The position numbers and the translations under genes are program-made. DNA of 64,000 nucleotides from Lama guanicoe (Eukaryota). Where the stretch lies: assembly GCA_013239625.1 (NCBI GenBank), contig MU054212.1, positions 2,046,001 through 2,110,000 on the forward strand, in the 5' to 3' direction. How positions within the stretch are numbered: the stretch's first letter is position 1; every line of letters starts with the position of its first letter. This document shows, one piece after another, positions 13,061-26,586 of the stretch. A model generated the notes under the pieces. That model saw only the letters and a program-made list of their open reading frames with translations. It did no database searches and was not told where the DNA came from.

Positions 13061-14329
13061 ACACACACACACACACACACTCCGTAATTTCTTAGCGGTC
13101 TCTAAACAGACATTACCAAGAAATTTACACCAGAGAATCAATCAATCATTGCTCCAGGAGTACAGTATTTAAAACCAGCTTTTCTGGATTCTACCTCAAG
13201 GTGATCACGCGATTGCAGCTCTTCAGAGATTTAACAACAAAATTATTATTTCCAAACTTTAATTGAGCTTCTTAAGATAGGTATTTATGATACTCTTCAA
13301 AACACTTGGAGATTTTTATGCTCTGCAGTGGAATATTTGGCTGTTTTATTGGTCTTCATTTTTTACATTTCAGGTATTTAAATAGTATTATATGGCTTTT
13401 TCTGGAAAATAAATCAATTTGGCAATTTGTTTTTTAGCAACTGGCGCTTCCATAGTTTCTTGTACACAATACAACCTTCCAGCCATCTCTCTAAAGCCTC
13501 TGGCAGAGGATATTTTATGACTGCCGCATGATTTAAATTAAGATCCGTTTTTAAGACACTTTTTTAAAAAAGTAGTAGTGCCTGATGATTAGCAAATGAA
13601 AGATGGATTTTTCTTGTTTGCTAGCAAATAATTTCTCTAATCCAGAGCATGAGAAGTGAAGTCCAGTTAATGAATGTTATCCTTGGTAAGCAGTACCCTA
13701 GAATCTTAAAACACTCATTTTCTATCATTGGTATCTTGAAGTCGTAACTTTGATCCGTATCAACATAAAAAAGGAATGATTTTTATTAACATTCTCTTTC
13801 ATTACTGGATAATACTCTGCAGTGCTCTTACCATTGGGGAACTACTAGGGGTTTCCCTTAAAGAGGAATTCACAATGATTTTAAAATAGTAAGAGTGACA
13901 AAAATTTCTTGGTTTCTCCAGATAAGATGAGTATTCTCATTTTCTCCTTGCTGTTAATTTTCTGCTGATCCTCTGGTCAATTTGCTTCTAGGTATGATTC
14001 AAGAGACTGCTTCAATCAATAAAGATGCATTAAGCATGGGGAAATAATTATACTACTAATTAATGGTCAAATTTGATTCTAAAGGCCTAGGATCTCTTTC
14101 TATAAAACTCTGAAAAAACAGGCTTTTATTCATTATTTTCTGATTATTAGACTAGTAGCAAATGTTATTTTTCACCATGTGCAAATCACACTTGCCAGTG
14201 ACAAAAATGGACATTTGGTGGCAAATCTGCTTCTTGCATAATTGCCTTGCAACTTGAGAAGCAGGTTTGGATATAAATCTTTCTATACTGCTTTTTCTGG
14301 TATCTTTTTCTCTTTCACATAAGGTTCCT

Positions 14330-15070
14330 TTTTTAAAAAAAAACTGCTGCAGTGAACGTACTTCCAATAAGGTACAGAAAAACAAATAAGCACCCTATAT
14401 AATAATAAGCAACACTCATGAAACTACTACACTAGCTAAGAAATAAATACGGCTAGCACCCAGAAAGTCCTGTACGCTCCCCGCCACCCATTACCATCTG
14501 TTCCCTCTACCCTAAAGGCAGCTACTAATCTGACCTCTGTGATAGTGATTTCCACTCTTCCTTTTTGTTACCCCACCTTTGTCCACAACCTTAAACCACA
14601 CAGTTCAGCTTTGCCTACTGTTGAACTCTATGTGAATGGATTCCTACTGAGTATATCCTTTGCTGTCTTGCTTCTTGAAGTCAACTCAACATTGGTGGGG
14701 GTTACTCATCTTGCTGAGTGTAACCAGAGTTCATTCGTTTTCCTTGATGATAATATTCCATTATTTGAATAGCCATCATTTATCAATTTGTTGGACACTT
14801 GGGTGGTTTCCAGTTTTGACTATTATAACAATGCTGCTACAAGTATTCTTGTAGCATACATACACTGGTTTCTCTCGGGTACTGAGAAGTGGAATTGCTG
14901 AGGCAAAGGGTTCATGCATCTTTACATTTACATGGATAATGTCACATCATTTCCCCAAAGTGGTCCTACCAACTTACACTCCCCACCCCAGCATAGTCTG
15001 AAATTTCCCATGACCCTAGATCTTTATCAACACTTAGAACTGTCATATTTTTTGCCAATTTGGAGGGTAG
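14330..15070 (-). mobile_element. Ancient L1 (L1ME-like), 3' UTR plus end of ORF2
   Basis: Reverse L1 motifs: ggacacttgggtggtttccagttttgactattataacaatgctgct, gaagtggaattgctg, ccaaagtggtcctaccaacttacactccc. Confidence 0.88.
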
Positions 15071-15739
15071 GTGGCCCAAGAAACTTTACACTTGTCATGT
15101 CCCCGTTACTTTGCTTCGAAGCACTGCACAACCGCAGACAGCCTGGGAACAGCCGAAGGCAAACCCTTCTCTTCCTTGTCTCTCTTTGTCTCTCGGTGGC
15201 CCTGGTCAGTTTTAGACCTTGTGATTTAAAAACTACACTCTCACTCTATTTCATTCCCTTTTATCTCCTATAATTTTACAAAATAGACTGTGTAGATCTA
15301 TGATCCCTGGTAATACTGTCCCATTTGACAGACCTCTAGATACAAAAAGTGTAATTCCTCACAGAGAGACCACTGCTAACTGCCACTGCTCTCCTCCATA
15401 GATACTGTTTGATTCGGTAACACTATCAGTTACACCTGAATTCTTAGATACAGAGAAATTTCATATTTTGAGCATCAATTTCATATATGCAAGCAGCACA
15501 TTTGCTATTTGCCTACGAATCTGGAACCTGAGATTATCTGTGTCTTCAAAAATACTCAGTCATACTTCATTCTAAATAAAATAGAACTCCATTGTTGACA
15601 GTCTTGAGACTTAAATCCCAGGAAGTTGATGGGGTGTATAAGGAATGGGAAAGAAGATCAGAGAATTTTCCTTGAACAAACACTCTTCCTTAGTGTTTTG
15701 ACCTTCTCAGATCACACTGTGGGATGTTTACATTGAAGT

Positions 15740-16080
15740 ACCGGTCTCACTTCCTCTATGTCTCTGCAAATACCTTCTTTTCCTCAAAGTCAAGTTCAAG
15801 TCTCCCTTGCCATGAAGTAGACCTTCCTGAAATATGTTGAACCCCAATAACCTTTCATGATTGACTATATACTTTGTTGCTTAATTATGTTCTCTGGAAT
15901 ACATCTCCTTATGCTTTATCATACTTACTCATAAACACAGTCACTAAACTTTAAGTTCTCAGAGAGCAGAAACCTATCTTGTTCAATGCTGTATTCTGAG
16001 TTCTCAGAGAGCAGAAACCTATCTTGTTCATTGCTGTATGCTGATGCTACATAAATAAGTATTAAATAAGCGAATAAAAA
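15740..16080 (+). mobile_element. L2 3'-end fragment containing an internal tandem duplication
   Basis: ctaaactttaagttctcagagagcagaaacctatcttgttcaatgctgtat matches the L2 3' terminal consensus pattern. Confidence 0.7.
15954..16043. repeat. Tandem duplication, 2 x 45 bp, 43/45 identical
   Basis: AGTTCTCAGAGAGCAGAAACCTATCTTGTTCA(A/T)TGCTGTAT(T/G)CTG at 15954-15998 and 15999-16043. Confidence 0.97.
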
Positions 16081-18864
16081 ATCTTACGTTTTTCTGTACT
16101 TGTTTTATATATTTATATGCGTGTGTGTGTGTGTATGTGTATGTGGTGTCACTTCATGGATTTTAAAGGCTTACAAACAGCAATCATTTCTTTGTATTTC
16201 TTGGTTTCTCCTACATCAAAGGTGACAGGCATATAATGAATTGAAATGGACCACAAAATAAGATGCACATTCCTTAAAATAGGTACTTCTTCAAAAACTC
16301 TCTAACATACTAAATTGAAGTCAAGAAACTAGTGACTATATTAAATAGAATAAGCACAAATACCTGGTATTTATATTTTGTAATCCAGTTTTTCTAAGAG
16401 ACACTAAAGTATGTGCTAATCATAATCAGAGGTCTGTGATCGCTTGCACGAAATCAATTTACAATATTCAAGTTACAGCCAATCCATGCAAGATTCTTGT
16501 CAAATCCTTCCTGATTTATTTATTTAGTCTCATCAAGATATTAAAAGAAATCATTGCTGAGATGCTTTGAAAAGGTATGCCTATTATATAGTTTGCCACT
16601 AGAAAATACAGAACATGAATGTGAATACCACAGAACTCAGGGTGACTTCAGAAAATAACAACATTGCAGGCAGCACTGTGAAAGTTCTGCCTAAACGGAA
16701 TACCAACTCGGCTGTACCGTGTCACAAAGTGGACACAGACCACAGGTCCTCGAGGGAAACCGAAAATAGAAATCAACAGTGTCTCTGCCGGTTCAGAGAT
16801 AAAAAGCCCTGTTTTTAAGACATTCTTATATTGATTCTTTCCTTTTGCAAGAAGTAAGATTTAGATGTCAGACATTTCCTTGCTCTTTTTAGTATAACAA
16901 TCCCCATAAATCCTTAAGATCCTTGAGTAGCAATCCTTCCCACTCCTAGACTTTCCAACTGAGTCATTTCATAGATGACTGTACTCAGTCATTCACCTAA
17001 CGTTCACTGAGGTCTCACTATGTACCAAGGTCTCAGGTGAGGTACAACACGTTCGATTATTCATTCACTCTAGACGGAATGATGGCAGTGTTTTGTTATA
17101 CAGAGTCTTTTCATTACTTTGAAAAATTCCTTTCCTTAATTTCTCAATGGAATTATTCTGGTCAGAAAGCACAGGTTAGTCCTGGGTTTCATTTAGATCA
17201 CAGAGGGAAAAAAACACGTCTAATCACACAAAGAAATAACACAATTTACACAATTTGGAGTATACTTTCAGTTCTACCTGTCTGTTCTCCCAAATGATGT
17301 CATGATCAAAGGTCTCTACCCATTAAATGAACCTGGGACAAACTCATACCAGCAGAACGTCTCTCAGACGCACTCTGCCGGTGTGTGTGGCTGGTGTGGA
17401 CGGGGTCAGATCAAACCTGGGATTGGGCTTTAGGCTCCTTAGGGCTCCTCTCTCTCCAGTTGCTGTTCTTAAATCAAATCAAAGACATGAATAAAGAAAT
17501 GCAATTACACTGTACACCCTTCCTGCTCCTCTGCCTGTCACCAGAGAAAGTGAAGAATCACCCCTCTGTCTCTGCAACCCTAGGACTCTCATTCCCCTTT
17601 AAGGATGTCTTTGGAACTCAGTTTCCCCATAAGCTTCACTTTTTTTTTTTAAATGGACAGCTGGATGCTTAGAGTGGCACATTATATGATTTTCTTTGAC
17701 CCTGCTCTACCCTAGGGGTTGCACTGGCTTGTTATACTTTAAGGAAAAATAATCACCATGAAAGGCAAGATCCTAGACTTGGTTTAAAAGGGGGGAAAAA
17801 GCATTGGAGAAGGGAGTAACTTATTACTCTGCAAAACTGGAAGCAATTCACAGGTAGTAACTGGAACACACATGTGGCTTCACTGAGTGAAATTAAAACA
17901 TTCTGAAGTTTCACTCTAGACGTGGGATCACATGGCTCCTCTAAAGAGTGAGCCTGCCCTCAAACAATGCAGCCTTGGCTCCTGGCCAAATGGCCAGACC
18001 ACAGACGGGGATGCACCTTGGACAGCGGACATCCTGGGCGCAGTAGCAGCAAAGTTCCAGCTCCCACCACTTCCCACGTGGAAATCCAGCAAAGAAAAAC
18101 AATCTAGCCGTCACGTGATCCAGGTTTGTCATCCTCTGCATCTGTCTCCATGTGTAAACATCTTGATTCAGAAGGAAACTGACTCATCCCTATCAGGAAA
18201 AGTCCGTTTTCCCCTGCCGAGCATCTACCCACGTGAGGTCTGGGTGGGAAGCCATACAGGACACGAACCTGTAACTCAACAAAACACAAGCTACACTGCT
18301 TCGAACACGTTCATGCTACAAAGTCCAGTGAAGGAGTGGTGGAGAAGACAGCGAATGAGGAATGCAAAAAACAGAAAGACCATCTAAAATAAAAATCTTC
18401 TACAGACCAAGGGAAAGGTTAAGAAAAGTAACCGTGAGGAATTCTGAAGACAGACAGAATTAGAAACTTCAAAATTATGGGAACTATGTGGTGCTTCCAT
18501 TGGGAGACAAATTACTTGAGACAATTACTCAGTTACTGTGCTGTGTTCTACTCCTAACAGGCTTTAGGGTTCTCTGGGGGGAAACACTGGAAGGTCTTTC
18601 ATAAAGCGATTGTCCAGGGTGAGAAACCACCATATTCGACTAATGCTTCTTTAATAATAAATAAAGATTCACGGTGACACACGAAAGTAGACTAGGACAT
18701 TAAGGACTCCATGCAACAAGGGGACAAGGGGCTATAGTTTAAGAAATTACTTTGTACAAATTCTTGCCTTTGATTTCTCGCTTTGAAGCAAAAGATCAAT
18801 TAAAATTGCATGACAGACTTGGAAGAAAAGAAGTGATGGTAAGAAAGACTTGGGTTTCTGCCAT

Positions 18865-19335
18865 AGGTTGTGTTTCCCGAGGACGCCCCAACTCCCACCC
18901 CACCTGTCCTTTGACCCCGACGTACTTCATCGTGGAAAAGTGGAGTTCATTTCCCTTACTCTTGAATCTGAGCTGGACCTGGAACTTCGGTCAACCAGGA
19001 GAATACGATGGAGGTAACACAGTGCTGTTTCTGAGCTTCGGGCAACAAGATACTGAAATTAAGACGTTGGAGCACTTCTTGTTGGAATTCGGCCCCACGC
19101 TGTGAGAAGCCAGAGCAACCGTGCTGAAAGGTCTAAGAGAGGGACAGCCAAAGCCCCCGCACAGCCAGCCTTTGCACAGCCCGCATGAGTAAACTATTCT
19201 GGGCCTCCAGGTCAACCTCACGAACAGCAGAAGAGCCAATCACTCAACCCAAAGAATCTTGAAAAGTAATAAACTGTTACCATTTTTAAGCCACTAATGT
19301 TTATGGTGGTTCATTACCCAAAATAAACTAAAAGT
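18865..19335 (+). mobile_element. MaLR solo LTR, MLT1 family (MLT1H/I-like)
   Basis: gtggagttcatttcccttactcttgaatctgagctgg near the 5' end; MLT1 terminus aataaactgttaccatttttaagccactaatgtttatggtggttcattac. Confidence 0.8.
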
Positions 19336-20749
19336 ATCTGATTATTATATCAATATAATGTTACACTGACTTACTCACACACACATACACATACGTAATA
19401 TGGCAATATAACAGGAATGGTTATTTTTAAAATCTGTATTTTGATCTAACAGTGTATAAAGGTATGTCTCATTTTGGTATGTCTTTACATCTCTTATTAT
19501 TAAAAGGTTTCGAAGTATTAGAACGATCATAAAATCTCTCCAATGCAAACTAAAATGAAGGAGCCACTGCAAATTTTAAAAGTTATAACAGAAATATTAA
19601 AGTTCCTCAAAAACATTTACAAGTATTAAATTTCAGCAAAGATATTAAAAAGACATGTGCTCCTTACATTGAAAACTTTCAGCTCCTCTCTCTGATTCTT
19701 GAAACACTTTCCCACCCTTAAAGATGTATACATATTAATAATTTGGAAACATCAAACAATGCTGAGAAACATTTATGTTTCTCCTGAGCATTGCAAGCAC
19801 AAAGGTGGATGATGGTTTCCTATGACACAACCTACATTTTAATTCTCTAAAAATGTAACAGCTATGCTATAAAGATCGTCTATAAACTTGGTTTTATTTT
19901 GAAAGCACTCATAACTTTTCCAATTAGCAAACATGAGCCACTGGCAGCTGGAACTTACTTTTTCTTCCATCATATCTATACCCGGTTTTATGGACCTTCT
20001 CAGATATACACAAGGGGCACATTAGAGACTTATTAAAACCTGGAAAGGGACCTCATACAGGGTTCAAGAGATCTAAAAAGATCCAGTAGAGCAGGAGACG
20101 GACAAGACTCGGGCAGCATGGTAATGCCTGGTGTGACAACTGAAAATCAGGAAGACACCAAGAAGGACATGACCCATCTGAACGTGAAAGACACAGGTGA
20201 TGCTGTGTCCTTCATACCCGAAGACACAGCATCACCTACAACTGAAGACTTGGCAGGCAGCTGATTATTTCTGCACCTCCTACTGAAAGGACTCTTCCAT
20301 AATAACACCAAGGACTGCAGTGAGAGGGCCATGAAGCCCACTTTCTTGCCAAAATGGTGACCTAAAACCAAGCTCACGGCCTGCCATCCAAGGGAAATCA
20401 TGCAGCCCGCATGTGCCGGAGCAAGCCCCCAGTGGGCAGGGGTCCTCCTCCCAGAGATCAGCGGGCTTTTCCTCTCTGCTTGCTCCCCCTACGTGGGGTA
20501 GCAGTGAGGGGCTGGGGAAAGCACTCAAGTGAGATGGGGCAGAGGGGGAGAGAGGTTTATTTATTTATCTGCTTACAAGTAAATATATGGTACACCTTCT
20601 GGATCCCCAATAATGTGTTCACCTGAAGAAAGCAAGGGTACTATCTCCTAAAAAGCCATTATCCCATACATCCTGGGGTAACAGCTTGTGGGGTGAGCCA
20701 TTATTCATTTCACCTCGATGAAACGACTGGTGCAGGAAAACCAACACCG

Positions 20750-20897
20750 GGCATGGAGTCAGAAGTTGGGTGTCCAAGTCTTGGCAGGGCCAGGAGATTG
20801 CTAAGTGACAGTGAGTCTGGAGTGTCTGTCCCATGAACAGGGAGTGGGACCAGATGAGCTCTAGCGGTCTTCTTAGCTCTAACCGTGCATGACTGTT
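20750..20897 (+). mobile_element. MIR3-like SINE
   Basis: tggagtcagaag head; tail gggaccagatgagctctagcggtcttcttagctctaac resembles the MIR3 3' end. Confidence 0.6.
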
Positions 20898-23234
20898 CTT
20901 CAACATCAGATGGACAACTTCTGTCTTCTACACACCCCTCCCTTTGTGTAGATTATCTAGTGTACTTTTTTATACCACCTATGTTGTTTGCAGATGCTGG
21001 GGCAGGCCATGGGGAAGAAGAGAGGTAAGAGAAGAGAGAAGGGGCCTGGAAGCAGTTGGGGGCATGTGACATGCATGAGATGGAGCCACAGGCGTGTCAC
21101 ACACCAGCTGTTCAGCAATGGAACATGGCCTGGGCAGTTCCTCGTCTCAAGCTGGCAATGGCAGGCTAGCAACGTCTAGGTGATAGTCACATCCAAAAAG
21201 CAGGTGTGTGATGTACCTCTCATTTAACTGACCTACACACACACACAGAATGGAGCATGCTTTACGATGCTGTCATGGCAAATGCAGTTTCTGGGCTGAG
21301 GCTGGTTGGGGACACAGCAGTTCCATGTGCTGTGCCATGAAAGCATCCCTTAGGTCCTAGATCCAGAACGTGCCTGTTGGCTGTATGAAGGACTTCTGCT
21401 CTCATAAAGACACATTTCCTGATTTTCCTCCATAGGAGTACCGACATCCAAAACAAAGAATCAAGGCGGACAAAGCACAGAGTCACAGACTGCAGTTCCG
21501 CCCTGGATTCAAAAACAATTTCTTCATTGGAAGATCGCATGTTCTACTCGCTAAATAATTTAAGAATATAGCTTATAACTAGAGGAAAAGGTTCTGCCAC
21601 ATCGGGAGTTTAAAGGCGCTTATTCTAAACTAGCAAGTATTCTAAATGACACACAAAATTGAAACAGAGAAACATCACCAGTCATACAAAATAACACAAA
21701 ATCCAAACACTCAAATCTGTTGTCTGTGACACTGTGTTGTTGCCCACCTCAAAACTTCCTGAAAGTCTGAAAGTTGGAGCCAAAACTCCCGCTTGAAATA
21801 AATGGCTTTTTAATTGCACAGCAAAGGGAAAAATGATGTCTCAGGGTGTCAATCATTCAACACAAAGATATTTCGTTAACTAAAAAAAAAAAATGTTTAA
21901 GAGAAAGTAAAAATTTATTTTTGCCATGTTGATACAGAAATCAGTTGTTGAGGAGATCACCGCAGATCCTGATTTCTCCATCTTCTCATTTTCTAGTGGA
22001 GATATTGACCTGCCTCCTGAGCACAGGCAGAGGATTAGCTAATTAGCGACTGTCAATCACCATGAAAATATAAATTTTAAGAAGCAATAAGACTTTTCAT
22101 TAAACTATTAATAGCTGTGCTAGTAATTTCTTCCTTCACTGGAGAAAATTTACATTCGATAAGCACCAAAGGCTCATAGCATAATAAGAATAAAACTTAA
22201 ATGAAAATTAAGTCTGAAGGCACTTCACGACATTTTAACAAAAGCATTTGGCAAAAGATACTACTATCAAGAGCAGTCTCCCGGAGGCGGGCTCCGCGTG
22301 TTCCTGACAAATTAAGAAACTCCACATGGCAGTCCATGCACGTTATGTTACTTTAGAGGAGGATTCCCAAACTCTGCCAGTCCTCACTCACTTCTCAACA
22401 GTTGTCCATGGATTCTATCTTACTTGACTATCCTCATGGTTACTTTGTTCAGTGCCACCTACAGCACTTTTAGAGGCACTGGGCCCTGCTGGAACTCCTG
22501 AGTACTCTGAGTGTGCAACTGCTTATGGAATTATTTTCTAGGTGAGATACCAGAATTTTAACTCACAGTCTTTTTATCCATCAGCAGTTCCCTTCCTGGG
22601 ATGCCCCATCTTGCCTTAGCATCCCATATCCATCCCTTCCTATTCACCTCCTTACAGTCTCTCTGGGTGGAGGCCATCCTGGGTGTCTTCCACAAGGCCC
22701 CCCCTACCAGCTCCTCCATGTACTTACCACTCCCTTCTTTGGAAATGGATACAACGTGTCACTTACATGAGCAATTCTGTCATTTAACAATTCTTTACCA
22801 CATCAATGTTACTTTTCCAGGTAGAGGTGTTTTGTTTACCAAGTGTACAGTAAGACCCTTTGCAAATAGGGTTCATGATTCACATTTCTTCGTACCCTCA
22901 CAATGCACAGCAGAAAAGGAGACTACAATAAAAATTCAGTGACACTAAGGTGTACGTGTTAAGTACATCGCTTTCACGTTCAGTGCACTGCAAAAATAGC
23001 CAACTGTCTTTATGGTCATTTGCTGCACAAATGCATCTCTTTAGGCTCTCTTCTTCCAGAAAACCAAAGTACAAATCTCCCACATTTAAATGAACTCACT
23101 GAGACCAGATGATTTTCCAAACCATTTATAACCTGAGTCTCTTTAACTGCCAGACCAATTTCATGATGCTTCAACTCAAATCCGGAATCTGTCTCATGTG
23201 ACATATTCTTAAAGGACTCATTACCACCCTTAAT

Positions 23235-23510
23235 AAGACTAATACTGATAATCATGTTTACAGCAAGCATTCGCTGTGTGCCAAACACCTTACAAGGATG
23301 ACACATCTATTATCTCATTTAACCTCCACTATGCTATGAGGTTAGCAATATTGTTACTGTTTTATGATTGTTCCTACTTTACAGATAAGGACATTTTAGA
23401 CTAAACATTTAAGTAATCTGCCTAAGGCGGTACAGCTAGTTTGGGGAGAACTGTGATTGGCATTTGGGTTGACCAGTTGCCAGAGCACAGACCTCTATCC
23501 ATTATACTGA
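23235..23510 (-). mobile_element. MIR SINE, near full length
   Basis: tgtgtgccaaacacc...tatctcatttaacctc...ctatgaggttag...tttacagataagga...taagtaatctgcctaaggcggtacagctagt...ccattatactg. Confidence 0.85.
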
Positions 23511-24339
23511 CTTCTCTACTGGTTCCATTAGCCACACAACTCTTTCTACCCATTTTAACATTTCAAAGTTTTGTTAATTCATCTTTCCTTTCGAAGATTG
23601 GTAAGAGTTAATTACTCCTGAATGCTTACATTGATTTTTTTTATAAAGTTAATGGAATTTTTAATGAAAATAATACTAAGGCAGATGATGGGAAACTTCA
23701 AGTCTACAAATCAGCCATAAAGGCAGCCTGTTAAAATTCACAGGATGGTCACAGCTTCCAAAAATACGAATAGTAAAATTAAATCTGCTTGGAAATTTTC
23801 TTCTCAGGGGGCAGGGTGGGGTGGATGCTGGTGGGCATTACCAATAATTCCTAAGGAATAAACTTTCCTGTAGAGATGGATCTCAGTATATGTTTTTAAG
23901 AAGGAAAACTCACTGCTCTTTTCCTGTGAGAACAGAGCATCCTTCTTAGCATCCACTTGCGGGATTGCATTAAGGTATTAAACCGTAGGTGCCAACACTC
24001 CTCATCCTGAGAGAAAAGAACGCTAGGCAGCCTTAAGTTTTCAGACGTTCTGCTTTTCCAGGGGGTCACCTCCACTTGCTGTAACAACACCAGCTGCAAG
24101 GGGTCTCATATCCGGCAGCCAATTGTATGCAGTAGCCACCCTGAGGGGAGGGGATCCTTCATTATTAAAATGAGGGGGAAATGCTGGGTCAGAAACAGTG
24201 TTACAAACATGGGGGTCTTTAAGGGGAGAAACTCAGATAATTGACACAGGGAAAATGAAACCATGACTCAAGGAAACAGAAGTATGCCAAGTGGTCTAAT
24301 GTCTACCTCTGGGTTCCGACCCACGTATACAACTGCTGT

Positions 24340-25000
24340 CGGTTTAAACGACTCAAGCCAGAAAATTATCTCAAATTTAACAGGAGCAAAAGTGAACTCA
24401 CCACCCGACCTTCCAAATTTGCTTCTTTCTCATTCCTGGTGTCAGGTGGTGGCCACCCAACGCACCTGAGGCGTGCAGAGACCTGGGGCTTGCTCTAATC
24501 TTTTGCTTGTCCTTATGCCCCAAAACTTATCTGGATGATTTTACCTCCCAAATATTTATTGAACTGGTTTTGGCCCCATCCCCTCTTACAAGTGCCATCC
24601 CAAGAGCTGCCTACCTGGAATCCCCCCCTGCTCTGATTTCCCGTTTAATCTATCCTCCCCATAATGTCCAATCTGAGCATATATTCCTCTGCATAAAACC
24701 TTTAATGGCTACTCACTGCCTAAAACAGTAATTAACAAACCTTCTTAAGCTTCTAAACTCAGTATAAAACTGAAATCTTACTTGAATATTCATTATATCA
24801 AATAATTCCAACCTGGGTCACTCTGGTTGCAAGGGACGGAGGGTCCCTGCTAACTCAGTGCCCTGCCATCACCTCCACACCTCCCTGGCTAATATCTGCC
24901 AGGTTGCTCAGAGCTGTTTGAAAGGCACAGGCCAGAGAATCAAATTCAAGTTCTTACATGGCGCTCCCACGACCAGTCCCATCTTCCCTTCCTGGTCCAT
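24340..25000 (+). mobile_element. L2 fragment, left part, interrupted by an MLT1F-like LTR
   Basis: atctcaaatttaacaggagcaaaagtgaactc; tccaatctgagcatatattcctctgcataaaacctttaatggctactcactgcc. Confidence 0.7.
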
Positions 25001-25554
25001 TGCCCTAACAAGCCTTCAAAATGGCCCTCAATGAACCCCATCTCCTGGTACTCATGCCTTTGTGTAATCCTCTCTCATATCATACCAGAATTGGTCTGTG
25101 TGATCAATAATAGAATAAGGCAGAAGAAATGGTATGCCACTTCCTAGATTAGGTCAGAAGAGACACTGCAGCTCCTCTCCCCCCACCCTCTCCCTCTCCC
25201 AGCCCTTTCCCCTTCGCTCTCCGCCTCCCTCTCACTTTACTTGTTCTGAGGAAAGCCAGCTGCCCTGCAACAAGCTACCCTGTAAAGAGGCCCACAAGGA
25301 GAAGACATAAGGTCTCTAGCCAGTCGCCACGTGACTCAGCTTAGGAGTGAGTCCTCCAGCCCCATTCGAGTCTTCAATAACTGCAGCCCTGGCCAACACC
25401 TTGACTGCAACCTCACAAGAGACCCTGAATCAGAATCTCCCAGGTAAGCCGCTTCCAAATTCCTGAACTACAGAAACTTTAAGATTATTCATGATTGTTG
25501 CTTCAAGTCAAAAAGTTTTGGAGTTATAAATTATGCAGCAATTGGTAATATACA
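25001..25554 (+). mobile_element. MaLR solo LTR, MLT1F-like
   Basis: aaaatggccctcaatgaacccc; cacttcctagattaggt; gaaagccagctgcc; ctgcagccctggccaacaccttgactgcaacctcacaagagaccctga; ends tatgcagcaattggtaatataca. Confidence 0.9.
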
Positions 25555-25870
25555 TTCTCTCACAAATTCCCTATCCTGCCCTTTTCCTCTGGCTTGAGGA
25601 TGCCCCAGCAGACACTATTCTGTTTCCTATGCCTTTCCTGTTCTTCTTTCTCTTTTGTCTGCCTGAAACACACCCCTACACCTGTCTCCACTAGCTGACC
25701 CCCCCACACTAAAGGCATCACGTGCTCCAGGAAGCCATCCCTGAAGTCCAGGTGAGGCTCAGAGACTCCTCCTAAACCACTGTTCTCCCAGAAGATCCTG
25801 GGCCCTGTAGTTCCAGTACTTAACTGTCAAAGTGTAGAATCTTGATAAATGTTTATTGAATTGAACTGAT
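25555..25870 (+). mobile_element. L2 fragment, right part and 3' end
   Basis: tctgcctgaaacacacccc; catcacgtgctccaggaagccatccctga; terminal ataaatgtttattgaattgaactga. Confidence 0.65.
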
Positions 25871-26528
25871 AAATGCATAGGAGTATTTGGGAAAACAAAG
25901 TACGGACAGGTGCTCTTCATCTCCCTGTCTTTGCGTGGTCTTCTTAGGGTAGAAAGGAATGGAGTCATACACTCTTCATTATACTGAGCCCAACCGCAGA
26001 ATCTAACCAGTGCAGTAGCTTTTGTGTTAATAAACGTGTCCATTTAAAACTGGTGTTCACAGTAAGAAAATTATCACTATTTCATCGTGAGGCACCAACT
26101 TAAGCGCCACTTACAAGTGACCACTAGCGAACGTTCAGGCAGAGCATGGTTTTCTGTTTTTCTGCAAGGCACTGGGACAAATGAACTGCAAAGGGCAGGC
26201 CGTCCGCCTGAGGAAGGAAATAAGAGTGTAATGGAAGGAGGAAGAAATAAAGGAAGGGGAGGGGGAGCGGTTGTGTGCAGCTATGTGCTTGACAGCCATC
26301 TCATCACTTCAGGCCAAATGGCAAAATGATACCAATGACTCCAGAAGAAACTTCACTCAGATTTCCACGGGCCAAAGAAGGTGATACTAAGCAGTGATTG
26401 AGTTTAGAAGATTATACCCTTTCCTGCAATACAGACAGGTACCTTGGTGGAAAGACAAAAGGGAAAAACAAACCAACGTGCTAAGACTCGTACCCTGAAA
26501 ATAAAGCCTTGGGAAAGAAAGAAAAGCC

Positions 26529-26559
<31 letters not shown>

Positions 26560-26586
26560 GGGAAAAAAAAAAGGTGGGGGTGGGGG
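26529..26586. repeat. Compound homopolymer A23-G11-A10-GGT-G5-T-G5
   Basis: Read directly from the sequence. Confidence 0.95.

Noticed and set aside
15954..16043. Direct repeats as a possible CRISPR-like array
   Set aside because: Two abutting copies, no spacers, mammalian intron context.
21960..22085. Possible very ancient CORE-SINE (MIR-like) tail
   Set aside because: Resemblance too weak to call without a profile search.
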